From NCBI GenBank assembly GCA_051294375.1, contig JBJCIZ010000922.1:1-19084 (forward strand): a stretch of 19,084 nucleotides of DNA, in the 5' to 3' direction. This stretch comes from Paraspadella gotoi. Lineage: Eukaryota > Animalia > Chaetognatha. Every line of letters starts with the position of its first letter. The first letter of the stretch is position 1. The notes below the pieces were generated by a model, which made no database searches, was not told where the DNA came from, and saw only the letters and a program-made list of their open reading frames with translations. Shown here in pieces: positions 1-11,135 of the stretch. A program made the translations under genes and the position numbers.

Positions 1-959
1 CTAGCCGCCAGGACCCACACGAGCGCAGAACCTCGGGACCTGTGTTCGCCGGTTGGAGGCAAAATTGGACTGCCTCCGGTCCACCAATGGCTCTGCATCC
101 CCGATCTAAATGCATCACGCGTAGACCACCATATGATATGGATCTAGCTGTCCAACCCTAGAGTATTCCTCCCTCCCTATCATGGAGTAAGATTCTGTTG
201 CACCGGTCTCTTCTAGTGAACTTGTTGCTACTTGTTGGTGTAAAAGTCGCTCACCCAATGCTTCGGAGGGCATGTCGCCTGAATGTGTTGGTAGGCAAAA
301 ACGTGTCAATTCACCAGGCTTGAGCCAAGCTTGACTCCTGCAATAGCGTCGCTGCTCTCCTGTTGCGCTGTTCGTGGACGCTCACCAAGAGTATAGACAC
401 GAAGATTCCATTGTTATGATGTAGTGCACACCAGAACTGCTTCCAATATAAGCAACGTTAAGCAAGTCTCGTGTAGGCACTTTGGGAATCAGGCCAGATT
501 GTATATCCACGGGTGTTACAGGGGTTCAAGCGGCCGCCACTTCCCATCTTTCAACTTCTATGCTAACCCATACTGACGTGGCGAGTAGCGCTATGCACCA
601 CCATTACTGGGAGACACTTTGACGAGGCACAACAATGATACGCGTTGGACCGATCTCCGATGGCGCTATCACAACATCGCCCGCCGTGCCTTGATGTGAA
701 CGGCAGTCGATGTAGGTTGGAATTTTTACACCAATATACCAGCCCCTAGATGTAACGTTCGTCATCTTTCTTGTTACAGTAAATAAGTGTTCAAGTGAAC
801 ATGCTAGATAGGTTACATGATAAATAAGATCTCGGTAAACTGTGACTCGCAATGACGCAGTCGATCTTTGAACATTATTCATTATGCAAGCCTACAGATA
901 CCAGATGTATATCTAAAATCAAATGTCGTCCGGAGAGCCTATCCACAACTATGAACCTC

Positions 960-2520
960 GGACAGGAAGCGTCCTGTCAATCCAGCCGAGCAGCGGGCAA
1001 CTGAATAATCCGCCGTGATATCACAAGGCGTGTGTACATGCTGAAGACTTGCCGCTCGAGTGGCGTCTTGGCAAAGATCCCAGCCATAATCCTACGCCAC
1101 AAACTTCGCGCACGCAGACACATCCGTCGACGCGTACACTAGCATGCCGTCAAACGAGTTAACCTGTGCACCACAAGACGTCATCTGGACGCAAGCTCTC
1201 CACGCGCCATGTGCTGCGGAGGGCATGGTGCTCTATCAGACTTCCTAAATCCTATTACTTTAGAGTGTGTACACTAAGCCTTAACAGCTGTCAGTCGAAG
1301 CAACAGACTGCACCATTACTCCACTCTGTCCCAATCATCCTTGGCGAACTATCTCTAACGTGTGCACACTTTGATTCCGTTTTCTCTTCTTATGCAGCGG
1401 GCCGAACAGACGCTGGTACCTTCTGTGACCAGCTCTTACTTAAACCTCCGTCATAGCTGGTTCTGCCGACTATCAGCTCGAGGGACGAACTACCACTCCC
1501 GCACGCAGGCGTGTTCGCCTTTGCTTCGGCTTGTTCTCGGCAGGAACCGCACCATCTCTGCTCGACGGGGTAGTTACCGACCTCGGGGACCCTCAAGGAT
1601 TGCCTTTCAGCGTTCTAGCCGCAACCTTCCACTACGAGGAGCCACGGGCTAGGTTTAGCGATTTACGGGCTCCGTTGTTGTGCTATCCTCGTAGTATTTT
1701 CTTCCGCACCAACACTTTTTACTACAAAAGTTCATCGAAAACCGAGGCTTCTTTTGGCGGCCTCGTGAAATTATCTGCCGCGTAGATGACAATTAACGAT
1801 TGGCCTTTCATCCATATAACCACACCATCTATTACTAATCAAGGTTGACTTCTTCCTATTCGTAAATCAAAATATTGCAGAAGCCCGGCCTTCATATCCG
1901 GGCCCGTAGATTTTTAGAAAAAGGTATTGCTAGCGTTTCCTAACTTCTTTCTCTGTTACCTGATTGCTTGTTTCGGCAACACTAGGCAGCACACTCGTGC
2001 CCTCTAAAATATTACTCAGTAAGAAGAATATTTCCTCATTTTTATTAATTCCGGGATGACCGAGAAGCGCTCCTAACACACCAGCGTCTAAAATTTTCCG
2101 GAGTCAACAAATGTTATATCCCCCATGCTTACAACTTATTTGAAACATTAAAGCGTGATGTAAAAATTATAAATTTAACTTTTATTAATCTATAAATGCA
2201 AGATTGCTACTACAAAAACAATGCTTTAAAATTTATTAAAAAAATTTTGCAATTTACAGCGGCGGGTCGTAGTATTAACCTTATAGTCAACCTAGAAATT
2301 CTTCAAACACGGTTCTTGGAAGATTTTTTTGCCGATTTGGATCCGGCATGTAAAAGTTGATAAAAAGATACAATATTAGTGGCACTCGTTATTTGACCTC
2401 AATATAACATCTTATTAAAATTGATCTTTCATTGTACTGTTGGGTCTCTTTTGTGAAAGAATTAGAGCATCGCTCTTACTGAAGGGTCGTCTTTAAACAT
2501 ATAATTTGTTACAAAAGAGA
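960..2520 (+). pseudogene. Highly degenerate or noisy Penelope-like RT + thumb + GIY-YIG coding region
   Basis: PLE motifs appear in the correct order across shifting frames. These are PAEQRAT (~982, cf. PADKG.AT), KDPS/HNPT (~1073-1096, cf. DPT), LY-LPKS (1231-1252, cf. FYGLPKIHK) and FDSV-SLY-like (~1370-1393, motif A). They continue with LLRLVL..N..LDG.SYR..G.PQGLPFSVLAA (1521-1623, motif B) and FFRTNTF (~1699-1719, at the RYVDDTF position but with DD lost). Then come IFRK (~1910), NFF-CY- (~1942, cf. NFxSxHP), RAL (1996) and INSG (~2044, cf. NGYP). GIY-YIG-like remnants at ~2265-2500 are weak. Confidence 0.55.
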
Positions 2521-2887
2521 GCGAAAAAATAACCACCCTCGTTCCCCCAGTAATCAGAATTACTCTTACAGACACACAACTTCCATCTTGCAAGCTCGCG
2601 CGCCGTTGAACCAACACTACAATCGACTCGGAATGAGTCTAACATACGATAGACGATAATATATCCAACGCGTGACTGGATCACAACGATAGCGCTATTT
2701 AGCGGCGTAGACTAAATCGTCTGCTGTAGAAGCTTCGATGATCGCATAACCATTATTTCTGCATCATGTGAGACTCTCACTGCTTCTTGTCGGAGAAATG
2801 GCGAATCTCTGCATGCTGCCCAGTACCCACTCACATACTAATGGTGAGCTATTACGACTCATGAGCACAATAGCTATAAACGTAGGC

Positions 2888-3594
2888 TAGGCAACCATGC
2901 GTATAAGAAACTAAGAACATTATTAAGATAGTTTATTATAAAAGCCATATTCTAACTTACATAATTAAGAAAAATAAAGACCCAGTTATAATATTTTTGG
3001 TAAGTTTTATTTACAAATTTGTATATTTTATTAATAGTTGTTAGCTATATTATTAATAAAAAATAATAAAAATAAAAAAATAAGCTAAAACTAAAAAGTG
3101 AAACAAAATTAGAAAATTTAAAAATTTTAAAAACCGATTTGAATTCGTTAAAAAAGTGATGATTTTTTAAAGGAAGTATAATCCATTTTAAAAAATTCTT
3201 TATTTAGTAGGTGGTTAAAATATAATTAAAAACTATTATTTTTGTTTAATTTTTCCAATTTTTGGCTTAAAATTATAGTTTCTTTCTGAATTTTGACCAA
3301 CTTTAATAGATATAATTTTGATCATAAAAATTAATGATTTCTTATATCAACTTTTTGCAAAGGACGCAAATCCATAAAAAAAATTTTGAAATATTATTTT
3401 TTACTTTAAGCCAATTCTTTACTCATAAATTATTAATAAATATAGTTACAACTTTTTATAAAAACATAAAATTTAGAAATAAACTTACCAAAATACTTTT
3501 TATAAGTCTCTTATTTCTAATTTCAAAAGCTCATATAAATTTTATAAATTTTAATAATTTTGCATTTATCATAACTTATAATGGCTTGTTGCTA
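2888..3594. mobile_element. Degenerate MITE related to the elements at 7940-8586 and 9029-10344
   Basis: The internal stretch ~3130-3400 (gatttgaattc...aaaaattctt...ttttgacc-act...tatcaacttt...gacgcaaatc) aligns by eye with 8137-8410 and 9908-10190. The ends form imperfect inverted repeats, taggcaaccatgcgtataag and cttataatggcttgttgcta. No TSD is visible. Confidence 0.5.
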
Positions 3595-3818
3595 TTCTTA
3601 TAACAATTTTAGTATACATTCGAGACCATCTCATTTTCCGACAAGAAAGATAAAATTATAAACAAAAAAATGGTCTGCACCATCGAATTCTACGACTACA
3701 TTACACTAAAATAGCTATGTACCTCACTTGATTTGTTATATATTTGCTTATTTTTCAACGCTCTATTTGCAGTAATGAGCGAAATGAGAAAGTCATAACT
3801 TATAAAAAATTGACACAC

Positions 3819-4128
3819 AGAGAGAGAACATGAGGGAAAAATTAAAGGTCAAGTAAGGACACCAGAAATTCAAGGAAAAAAAATAAATCTAATAAAAACA
3901 AAAGGAAATCTGAATTTGACCTACGATCCGTGAGAGCCTTGAAATCCGTCGTCAAGGAACAGAACTTGGAAAGCACTTAACTATAACCTCTCAAAATACA
4001 TTAAAACTCACATATAGAAAAAAAGCATATTAATGGAGTTCTTTTATTCTTTGTTTCCTTGAATTTCTGTGTCCTTACTTGACCTTTCAAATTTTTTCTC
4101 TCTTTGTTTCTCTTGACTCTCTCTCTCT
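3819..4128. repeat. Inverted repeat / foldback MITE-like element with ~70-85 bp arms
   Basis: aaaggtcaagtaaggacaccagaaattcaaggaaa (3844-3878) is the near-exact reverse complement of tttccttgaatttctgtgtccttacttgaccttt (4054-4087). The arms extend outward into GA/TC tracts. Confidence 0.75.
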
Positions 4129-4289
4129 TACTGCAAAATGAATTATGGTTAAGCAATATTTAACCGAAATATTTTGCTCTTTTTTTAAAAAAATATGAGT
4201 TAACTTCATAAAGCGATGTTATTCTTCATCATTATGTCTTCATATCACATATTCAATACTTATGAAATTTGCAAATGTTTAATTTAAAA

Positions 4290-4576
4290 ATTATATTTTT
4301 ACTTAATGAAATAAGTTTTTCAAAATGGATTTATTTTTTCTTTTATGAACTTTTGACAAGGAATTCAAATCTTCCAATAAATAAGAAAAAGCCCATTTTG
4401 AAATTTTACCATTTTATAAGGATAGTAATAAAGACAAATATAGCCCACTGCGATTAATTACAAAAAACATTAATAAAAAAACCAGAACATCTTTTGGCAC
4501 TTATTTTATTATTTGTATGTTAAATATTCAGTCAAGGCACGACTGAGTTTTGTCCAGATATACGGTCTCACCCCTG
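4290..4576. mobile_element. MITE remnant ending in a Tc1/mariner-like terminus
   Basis: It ends ...gtctcacccctg|TA, whose reverse complement is TA|CAGGGGTGAGAC, a typical Tc1/mariner-type end. The internal attttataaggatagtaata (4412-4431) matches the MITE core at ~9583-9602. The left end was not found. Confidence 0.35.
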
Positions 4577-4767
4577 TACATTGTACAATGTACAAGGTGA
4601 AAAACCACCACCGCCCCTAGAAAAAAATCGTCGTTGGCAAACATTTTTTTTCATTATTTTCACTTCATTCATTCTTGGTACTAATTTGAGGAAACCTCAG
4701 AGAATGAAGAAGGTTTTGTTTACTTGGATGGTAGAATTTAAATGCTTTTAGCATTTTATAGTTTAGA

Positions 4768-5477
4768 ATCTGTTACTTTCAGCAAAATTCTTTCTCTACT
4801 AAAAGCAAAATATTTTTTCTACACTATCGCTTCAGCTTTTAAAAAAATAACAATTGATGTTGTAATAATTTAAAATCGACTCGATTAATACTACATATTT
4901 CTTCTGCGGAGGTCTGGAGGAACCACAGTACTTGAAAAGTATATTTTAGAGCCGGTATATATAAGATTAAATGTAAGTTTAAGTTGTTTATAGACCCATT
5001 TCAATAACTTACTGTCAATGTAATTAAAATTTAATCGTGTTGAGGTCATGTGCCTCACAGTATCCTGATTTCTTTTTTATAAAATAATCCACTTTATATT
5101 TTTATCTTTATATCTGTTACTATTGACAAAATGTCAGTCTTTCAGCAAAATTCTTTCTCTACTAAAGCAAATACTTTCTCTACAACTATCGCTTCAGCTT
5201 TTAAAAAAAATTAACCATTGATGTTGTAATAATTTTTAAAATCGACTCGATTAATAAATATTTCTTCTGTAGAGGTTTCTGGAAGGAACCACAGTACTTT
5301 GAAAAGTATATTTTAGAGCCGGTATATATAGATTAGATGTAAGTTAAGTTGTTTTATAACCTATTTCGATAACTTACTGTCAAATGTAATTACAATTTAA
5401 TAGTGTTTTTGAGTTCATGCGCCTCACAGTATCCTTGATTTTTTTTTATAAAATAATCCACTTTATATTTTTATCTT
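4768..5477. repeat. Tandem duplication of a ~340-365 bp unit (4768-5108 and 5112-5477)
   Basis: Both units run atctgttact...tttcagcaaaattctttctctact...aaaatcgactcgattaata...gaaccacagtactt...gcctcacagtatcc...aataatccactttatatttttatctt. They differ by scattered substitutions and 1-nt indels. Confidence 0.92.
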
Positions 5478-6780
5478 CTCACACTTTTTCCTTATTCTAG
5501 TAAGTAAAATTATTCTTTTATCGTTGGAAATCGGGTATTTACGACGAGGAAGATATTATGTTATTTCTATAATCCGTCGATTTTTGTCCTCATTGCTTTC
5601 AATTTTTTTTCACTGTAATATACCGCCACAATAGCTTGAAATATTCCTAAATTAATATATCTTTTATTAAAAGTATATACTTAAAAAATAATTATTACCA
5701 GAATTCATAATTCATAATGATTTTAGTTATGAGTATTTACTTTTAGTTTATTTATTTGATTTTTTTTTTTCAAATATTGCGGGAATGTTGAAAGAAATTT
5801 TGTGTTAACAATAAACGTGAACAAAAAAAGGAAAATAAAAAAAGAGATCAGGGACAAAGTCAAAGTTTTGACCATTTAAAATTAAATTTTAAATACAGCT
5901 TTTTACTATTAAACTTTTTAATTATTAGTTTGTTGAAATATTGTTAGAATATAAATCAAATAAATTAACTAAAAAATAAGCCCTTTAACTTAATTATTTT
6001 GGTTATAAAGTATGGTATAGTTACAGAACTAATTGAATAATTACAGAATAATTGCATGATGAAAAATTAGTATTAGTTTTTTTTAAATATTATTCTGCAT
6101 TATAATATGATTATAAAATAATGATAAAAACATAAAGTAGTAAACAAAGTTCTTTATATATTTCACTTTTCACAACCCGATTTCAACAATCCTTAAACTT
6201 TAAGAATTCTTAAGTGGTAAATGTTTTAATATACTCTAACAACAATTGATAATAACTACTAATTTCTATATGATGTTTAATTTCTATGGTTAAGATTAAT
6301 TTTGTATTGGTTGTTTTCCTTAACTGCTTATTTTTGTTTGAGCTCGCCCATTTTCTGCTAAAAATTTTTGAATTAATTGTAATATTTCTTTCCTTGACAG
6401 TATTAGCGTCGGCATTTTGGTCAATGGCAGGAAACTTTGGTTTGAGAATAACTGTTTACGTTATCAGTCCGTTATCAAATTCCTTCATCAACACGGCGAA
6501 TTAAAAACAGGCGAGTTTAAACTTTTTCAAACTAACAGTCATGTTCATCGAGAGTATTGAAAATTGCATATACAAATAAATAACATTTAGAAATTTACTG
6601 ATCTTTATATTTAAATTTTGGTTATTTGGTCTATATTTATTTAATTAAATGGTCCAAATCTTAAAATAATCCTGTATTGTAACAAAATTATTTTTTTTTA
6701 ATATAAAGATATTATTTTTTATCATTTCTGTCTTAATGAAATTTTTTTTTAAAAAAGTTTTATTCTTTGTATCAACTTAT

Positions 6781-7010
6781 TATCATATAATATTATATAA
6801 TATGTATACCACCTTCATTGAATTAAGAGGAAGACAGGTACTCTGGGAGTGAATAAACAAAACGACTGTGAGAGAGTCTTTGAATGAAAGCTTACAGAGA
6901 TCCTAGCCCTTATGTCATTATTCTTGTAAGAGTATGGAGGCCTTTAAACCCACATAGCCTGCTCCAAAATCATGGCAAAGATAGCTTATTTATTATTCAT
7001 GAAATGAATA
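6781..7010. repeat. Dispersed ~230 bp repeat, copy A (uninterrupted)
   Basis: It is colinear with 7803-7939 + 8587-8650 (actctggga-tgaataaacaa..gactgtga..gagtctt..tgaaagctt.cagaga..tatgtcattat..atggaggcctt.aa..cac..agcctg). Confidence 0.85.
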
Positions 7011-7802
7011 ATTGTTTTATTGGTAGGCGGTAGCCGCCACTCAATGGGTTAGTAAAGGAATTTAGAGTGAGTTACATACTCAAACAAAAATTTACACATT
7101 TTAAGTATACTTTCAATGGACAAAAATCATTTCTTATATGCTCTATGCCTGTAATTATTTTTTAATATTTATTTATAGATAGGAAAGGCTAATACTATTT
7201 TGGGGCATTATTGAAAATAAAAAAAAATATTTAAGACAATTCAAAATATAGAAAAATATGAAAAATGTTAGCTGGATCAGGGGATAAAGATTGGCGACTA
7301 CGACGACTGTCACTAACAAAAAGAAAATCTCTAGAAATACAGCATTATTATCTTATTAATAAATCAATAGCAAACAGTAAATCAATCACCATAATCAATA
7401 AATCAGTCCGATCCAATCCAATCAATTTGGAATTACCGCTAAATTGATCGTGCAGATCCGGAATTGTTTGCCCAAACTAAGTTTAAAACAAAAAGTGACA
7501 AAACCGAATTGTAATAAATCTACTTTAAATTTTCTTTGTCACGGTAACGACGTTGCCGGGCAGGACCAATGAAACCTCTATCAGTTCTACTGGTTCCGCA
7601 TTCCTTGCCTTTTCACTTTTGTCTGTCCTTGAAGCCACTACGCAACAATGACTACTTCGGTTTCCCAAAAGCCAAATTCCCCATTTCAGGTCGGATTAAT
7701 TAATATTTTTTTGCAGTTAGCTTGGCGAAAATGGCCACCTTGTTGAGTTGGAGAGGCCCTTTTGTTGGCAATGTTTCGTTAAAGTTTCGAATACTATGAT
7801 AA

Positions 7803-8650
7803 TATCATTAAATATTATATAATATTCTACCACTTCATTGATAGAGAACTCTGGGATGAATAAACAAGGACTGTGAAGGAGTCTTGCTGAAAGCTTGCAG
7901 AGACCTGCTATGTCATTATCTTGTACGAGTGATGGAGGCTAAGGCGTAGTGAAAGTTACGTACTAAAGAATTCTAAAGTCAATTATGAACAATATAGCTA
8001 CATCAGTGAACATTAATTTGTAAAAAAAAATAATTTTATGTTTTTTTAATTTTCGCAGTAGGCTATTATTTAATATATAGTACTATCCTGTATAAATCGC
8101 AAAATTTCAAAATAAGCTTTCTTAATTTTGATTGCAGATTTGAATTCCTTCGTCAAAAGTTGCATAAAGAAAATTATAAAGTTATTTTTAAAAATTCTTT
8201 CATTAAGTGGCCGATTAAAAATTTTAAAAAAACTATATTTAATTTAATAAAAAAGTTTTAATTTTCAGCTTAAAATATTAGCTTTCTAATTTTTGACCCA
8301 CTTAAATGAAGGAACTTTTTTAAAAAGAGTTATATTTCTTTATTATCAACTTTAACTATGACGAATCAAATCTGCCAAAAAATCTATGAAAAAAAACTGT
8401 TTTTGAAATTTTAACATTTATTGGTTTTCAGTACTAGCTATAAATTGCGCCTACTGCGTAAATTGTAAAAATTTATTCATAAAATTTTTTTATTACATAC
8501 AGTTTCATTAGTATAATGTTGTTTTCGTTTCCTCACTTTAGAATTTTAATAAGCTTTTTTAAATTTAGAAATTTTACTACGCCTTAATGGAAGGCCTTAA
8601 AACCACAAAGCCTGTCCAAAAGTCAGCTTATTTATTAATGAAACGGATAA
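7803..8650. repeat. Dispersed ~230 bp repeat, copy B, interrupted by a hAT MITE
   Basis: The sequence matches 6781-7010 and is split at atggaggc by the 7940-8586 insertion. Copy A represents the empty site. Confidence 0.85.
7940..8586. mobile_element. Non-autonomous hAT-type MITE (647 bp)
   Basis: The TIRs are taaggcgtagt and actacgcctta. The TSD is atggaggc (7932-7939) / atggaaggc (8587-8595, one extra a). An 8-bp TSD with short TIRs is characteristic of hAT elements. The interior is AT-rich and quasi-palindromic. Confidence 0.85.
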
Positions 8651-8857
8651 GTTTTTATACTTGCGTTGCTCCAACTTTCTTAAAGGAGCAGTTTAAGGAA
8701 TGATTAAATCGCTTTTGAATTTTTATTAGTTCACGCGAAACCAATTTAAATTTAAAGATTCTTAGTAAAAGGGACTTTCGTTTCGCTGCGTTTTTTAATT
8801 GAGAGAGAAAACAAAGTTTGTTTTTGTTTACAAAATAACGAAGTTTAATTTCTGTTA

Positions 8858-8906
8858 ACATGGACGATGTTTCGACTCTTTTTCGAGTCCTTCATCAGCG
8901 CAATGT
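8858..8906 (-). ncRNA. Minimal type-I hammerhead ribozyme (PLE-associated)
   Basis: The minus strand reads acattgcg CTGATGA ag gactc gaaaaa gagtc GAAA catc GTC catgt. It has a conserved core, a 5-bp helix II, a vestigial helix III, a GUC cleavage triplet and helix I acat/atgt. It carries two extra bases relative to the 16531 copy. Confidence 0.75.
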
Positions 8907-9028
8907 GAATTTAAAAAAATTTTTGCAAACTGTTATGGATGAAGGGAGGAGGAGAGAAAGAGAAAGAAGAGAGAGAGAAGAAACCGTCTAACAAAGAATG
9001 AGTAAAGATAATGTTGAGAGGTGAGGAC

Positions 9029-10344
9029 TAAGGCGTAGTGAAACGTCTACATAACGAAAATTCTAAAAGTCAAGTTATGAAACAATAGGGTGGAGCTGAT
9101 GAAAGATTGAGTTGAATTGAACATTATTTTTTTGCTGCCTATGGACAGATTAATAATAAATTTTAAATCCTTTTAAAATTTTTTTAGCATAACAGTTATA
9201 GCAAATTCAATTATTTATGTAGTAATATCCTTATAAAAAAAAAAAATCGGGTTTTTTTTTTTTTCCCTCCAAATTTTCAAATATTTTTTTATTTTAGAAC
9301 TGATTTGATTCGCTGTAAAAAACTAAAAAACTTTTTATAAAAAATATGTTATACGATATTTTAATTTTTAGATCACAAAAAATGACTTAAAACGTTTTAA
9401 TCATATATAAGTTTCTAATACAGAGAATAAAAAGTCAGATAATTTCACTTTTTTCTTTTTTTAAACATTGGAAAGATTGACAGAATTTTGATAACATGTT
9501 TTATAATTTTTTGATTCAAACTTTCTTATGAAGAACTGAAATCTTTATTAAAAGTTTTTATAAAAATTTTTTTAAAATTACTATTTTATAAGGATATTAC
9601 TACAAATATATTTATTATTTTACTATTCTGCCTTCCCGAGATTAATATGAACAAAATATTTTTTGTACTAATTAATCATACTATCTGCACATCAAATATC
9701 ATGTTAAATCATTCAAATAAATTTTTTGTTCTGAGTGCTCACTCTAATGAACAACATACCATCAAGTGAAATTAATTGTAAAAAATAATTTTATGTTACT
9801 ATAATTTTTCTGCTAGAGTCAGGCATCTATCATTTATATATAGTACTAACCTTATAAAATTTCGAAAAATTTTCAAAAATAGGCTTTTCCTTTAATTTTG
9901 ATTCGCAGATTTGAATTCCCGTAAAAAGGTTGGTTTAAAAGAAAATATAAGTCATTTTTTTAAAAAAATTCTTTCATTAAGTGGTTAAAAAATTTTAAAA
10001 AAAACATATTAATATGGAAAAAGCTAAATTTTCAGCTTTTAAACATATAGCCTTTTTCTCATTTTTGACCCACTTAATGAAGGAATTTTCAAAAAGAGTC
10101 ATATTATCTTTTTATCAACTTTTGTATGACGCAATCCAAATATGCAAAAAAATTCTTAAAAAAAACTGTTTTGAACAAATTTTTAACATTTTATTGGTTT
10201 ATATTATAGGCCTACTGCGCTAAATTGTAAAATTTAAATTATAAATTTTTTATTACATAAATGCTTCATTATATAATTGTTGTTCGTTCCTCACTTGTTT
10301 AGAATTTTTAATTAAAGTTAATTAGAAAATTTACTACGCCCTTA
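9029..10344. mobile_element. hAT-type MITE (same family as 7940-8586) carrying a nested insertion
   Basis: The TIRs are taaggcgtagt and actacgccctta. There is a perfect 8-bp TSD gtgaggac (9021-9028 and 10345-10352). The segment 9747-10344 is colinear with ~7985-8586. Confidence 0.9.
9086..9746. mobile_element. Second hAT-type MITE nested inside the first (661 bp)
   Basis: The ends are tagggtggagc and gctcactcta (reverse complement tagagtgagc). The TSD is atgaaacaa (9077-9085) / atgaacaa (9747-9754), and the empty site atgaacaa is present in the 7940 copy. There is an internal inverted repeat, tgtagtaatatccttataaaa / ttttataaggatattactaca. Confidence 0.82.
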
Positions 10345-10568
10345 GTGAGGACCAGCCTGAAGGTAAGGACTAGGAGAGAGGAGAGTGCAGAGAAACGAAG
10401 TAAGATCATTTGAGAGTAAGTAGGCGAACAATGTTGGAGAAAGGCAAATACATTAGGCAATGTACAACGATAGAGATTTTGAAATTTTTTCTATTCACTA
10501 GAACGATTGAGGAAAACTTGGTGTGCTTCGCTCGTGGTTTGACTCCGACCGAGGCTTTCAATAATTAC

Positions 10569-11135
10569 TCAAAACATTCCAGCGACTGATACTGAAACTT
10601 TCAGCAACCGGTTTTTCTCCAAATTTCTTTGTCCAAATTTGAGGTACATGAATTCGTCACTAGCGCGTTCATTAGAGTGTAGTCCGTCTTTGAGCAAGTT
10701 CACCCTCCCATAATCTTGATTCTTTAAGTTCTGACCCCTGGGGGACTCAATTTATGTAAAAGCCACTTTTTAGCTTCATGCATATGATCTCCCCCCCAAC
10801 CCTGCGGGAAGGGCATTGCGAACGATCTTAAACCGCCTTGTGGGCCCGAGAAATAACAAACTTTGAAAAACCTGGGTTTAAAGCCCAGATTCCTGCTTTT
10901 CCATATGCTGCCGAAAGGCAAAAAAATATATGGATAGTAGGTCCTTAGCCCACTTAGCGTCCTTAAATCCACATAGTCATCATCAGAACATTTTTTCGAC
11001 CCAAAAATTAAAAAAAAAAAATTTATTTCCTCCTCAATGCGTTCCCGCTGAAAATATCGTCGCAGTGGGAGTCGCGTCAATTACCAATCTTCGAATAGGA
11101 AGCTTCCTCGACATCGCCAGAATGACCAGCGCTTT
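10569..11135 (-). pseudogene. Frameshifted SGNH/GDSL hydrolase (esterase) domain
   Basis: The four SGNH blocks are in order with plausible spacing. Block I is ALVIL-GD-S (11129-11109, needs two 1-nt corrections). Block II is IFSAGT-IEE (~11058-11030). Block III is VLMM-LCGFKD (~10990-10959, cf. GxND). Block V is LLKDGLHSNERA (DGLH at 10688-10677). Blocks III and V are in frame, 91 codons apart, with internal stops. The frame ends at TGA 10571-10569. Coding-like sequence may extend upstream to ~12170. Confidence 0.6.

Larger units (their letters stand above)
8801..10477 (-). mobile_element. Penelope pseudo-LTR / 3' module with hammerhead, interrupted by nested MITEs
   Basis: After removing 9029-10344 it is colinear with ~16480-16830. 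Shared blocks are the hammerhead, the GA tract, tgaggac(c)agc(c)tgaaggt.agga, gaagtaag, and caa(a)tacatt.ag(g)caatgtacaac..agagat. Confidence 0.72.

Noticed and set aside
531-557. KLKDGKWRP on the minus strand, resembling the LTR-retrotransposon RT motif KKDGKWR
   Set aside because: It is not followed by CVDYR.LN or any other Gypsy RT motif and is flanked by stops.
2724-2750. ctgtagaagcttcgatgatcgcataac, placed where a hammerhead would follow the plus-strand PLE
   Set aside because: Both core boxes need several corrections, so it cannot be supported from this copy. It is worth rechecking after polishing.
7025-7054. ggcggtagccgccactcaatgggtta as a piggyBac-like right end
   Set aside because: TTAA is not intact (gggttag) and no matching left end was found.
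7848-7903. SECIS or box C/D interpretation of the ATGA...TGA hairpin
   Set aside because: Helix length and AA-loop spacing are non-canonical, and the motifs are not conserved in the 6841 copy.
9096-9120. CTGATGAAAG as another hammerhead
   Set aside because: There is no helix II or downstream GAAA-NUH, and it lies in a MITE subterminal region.
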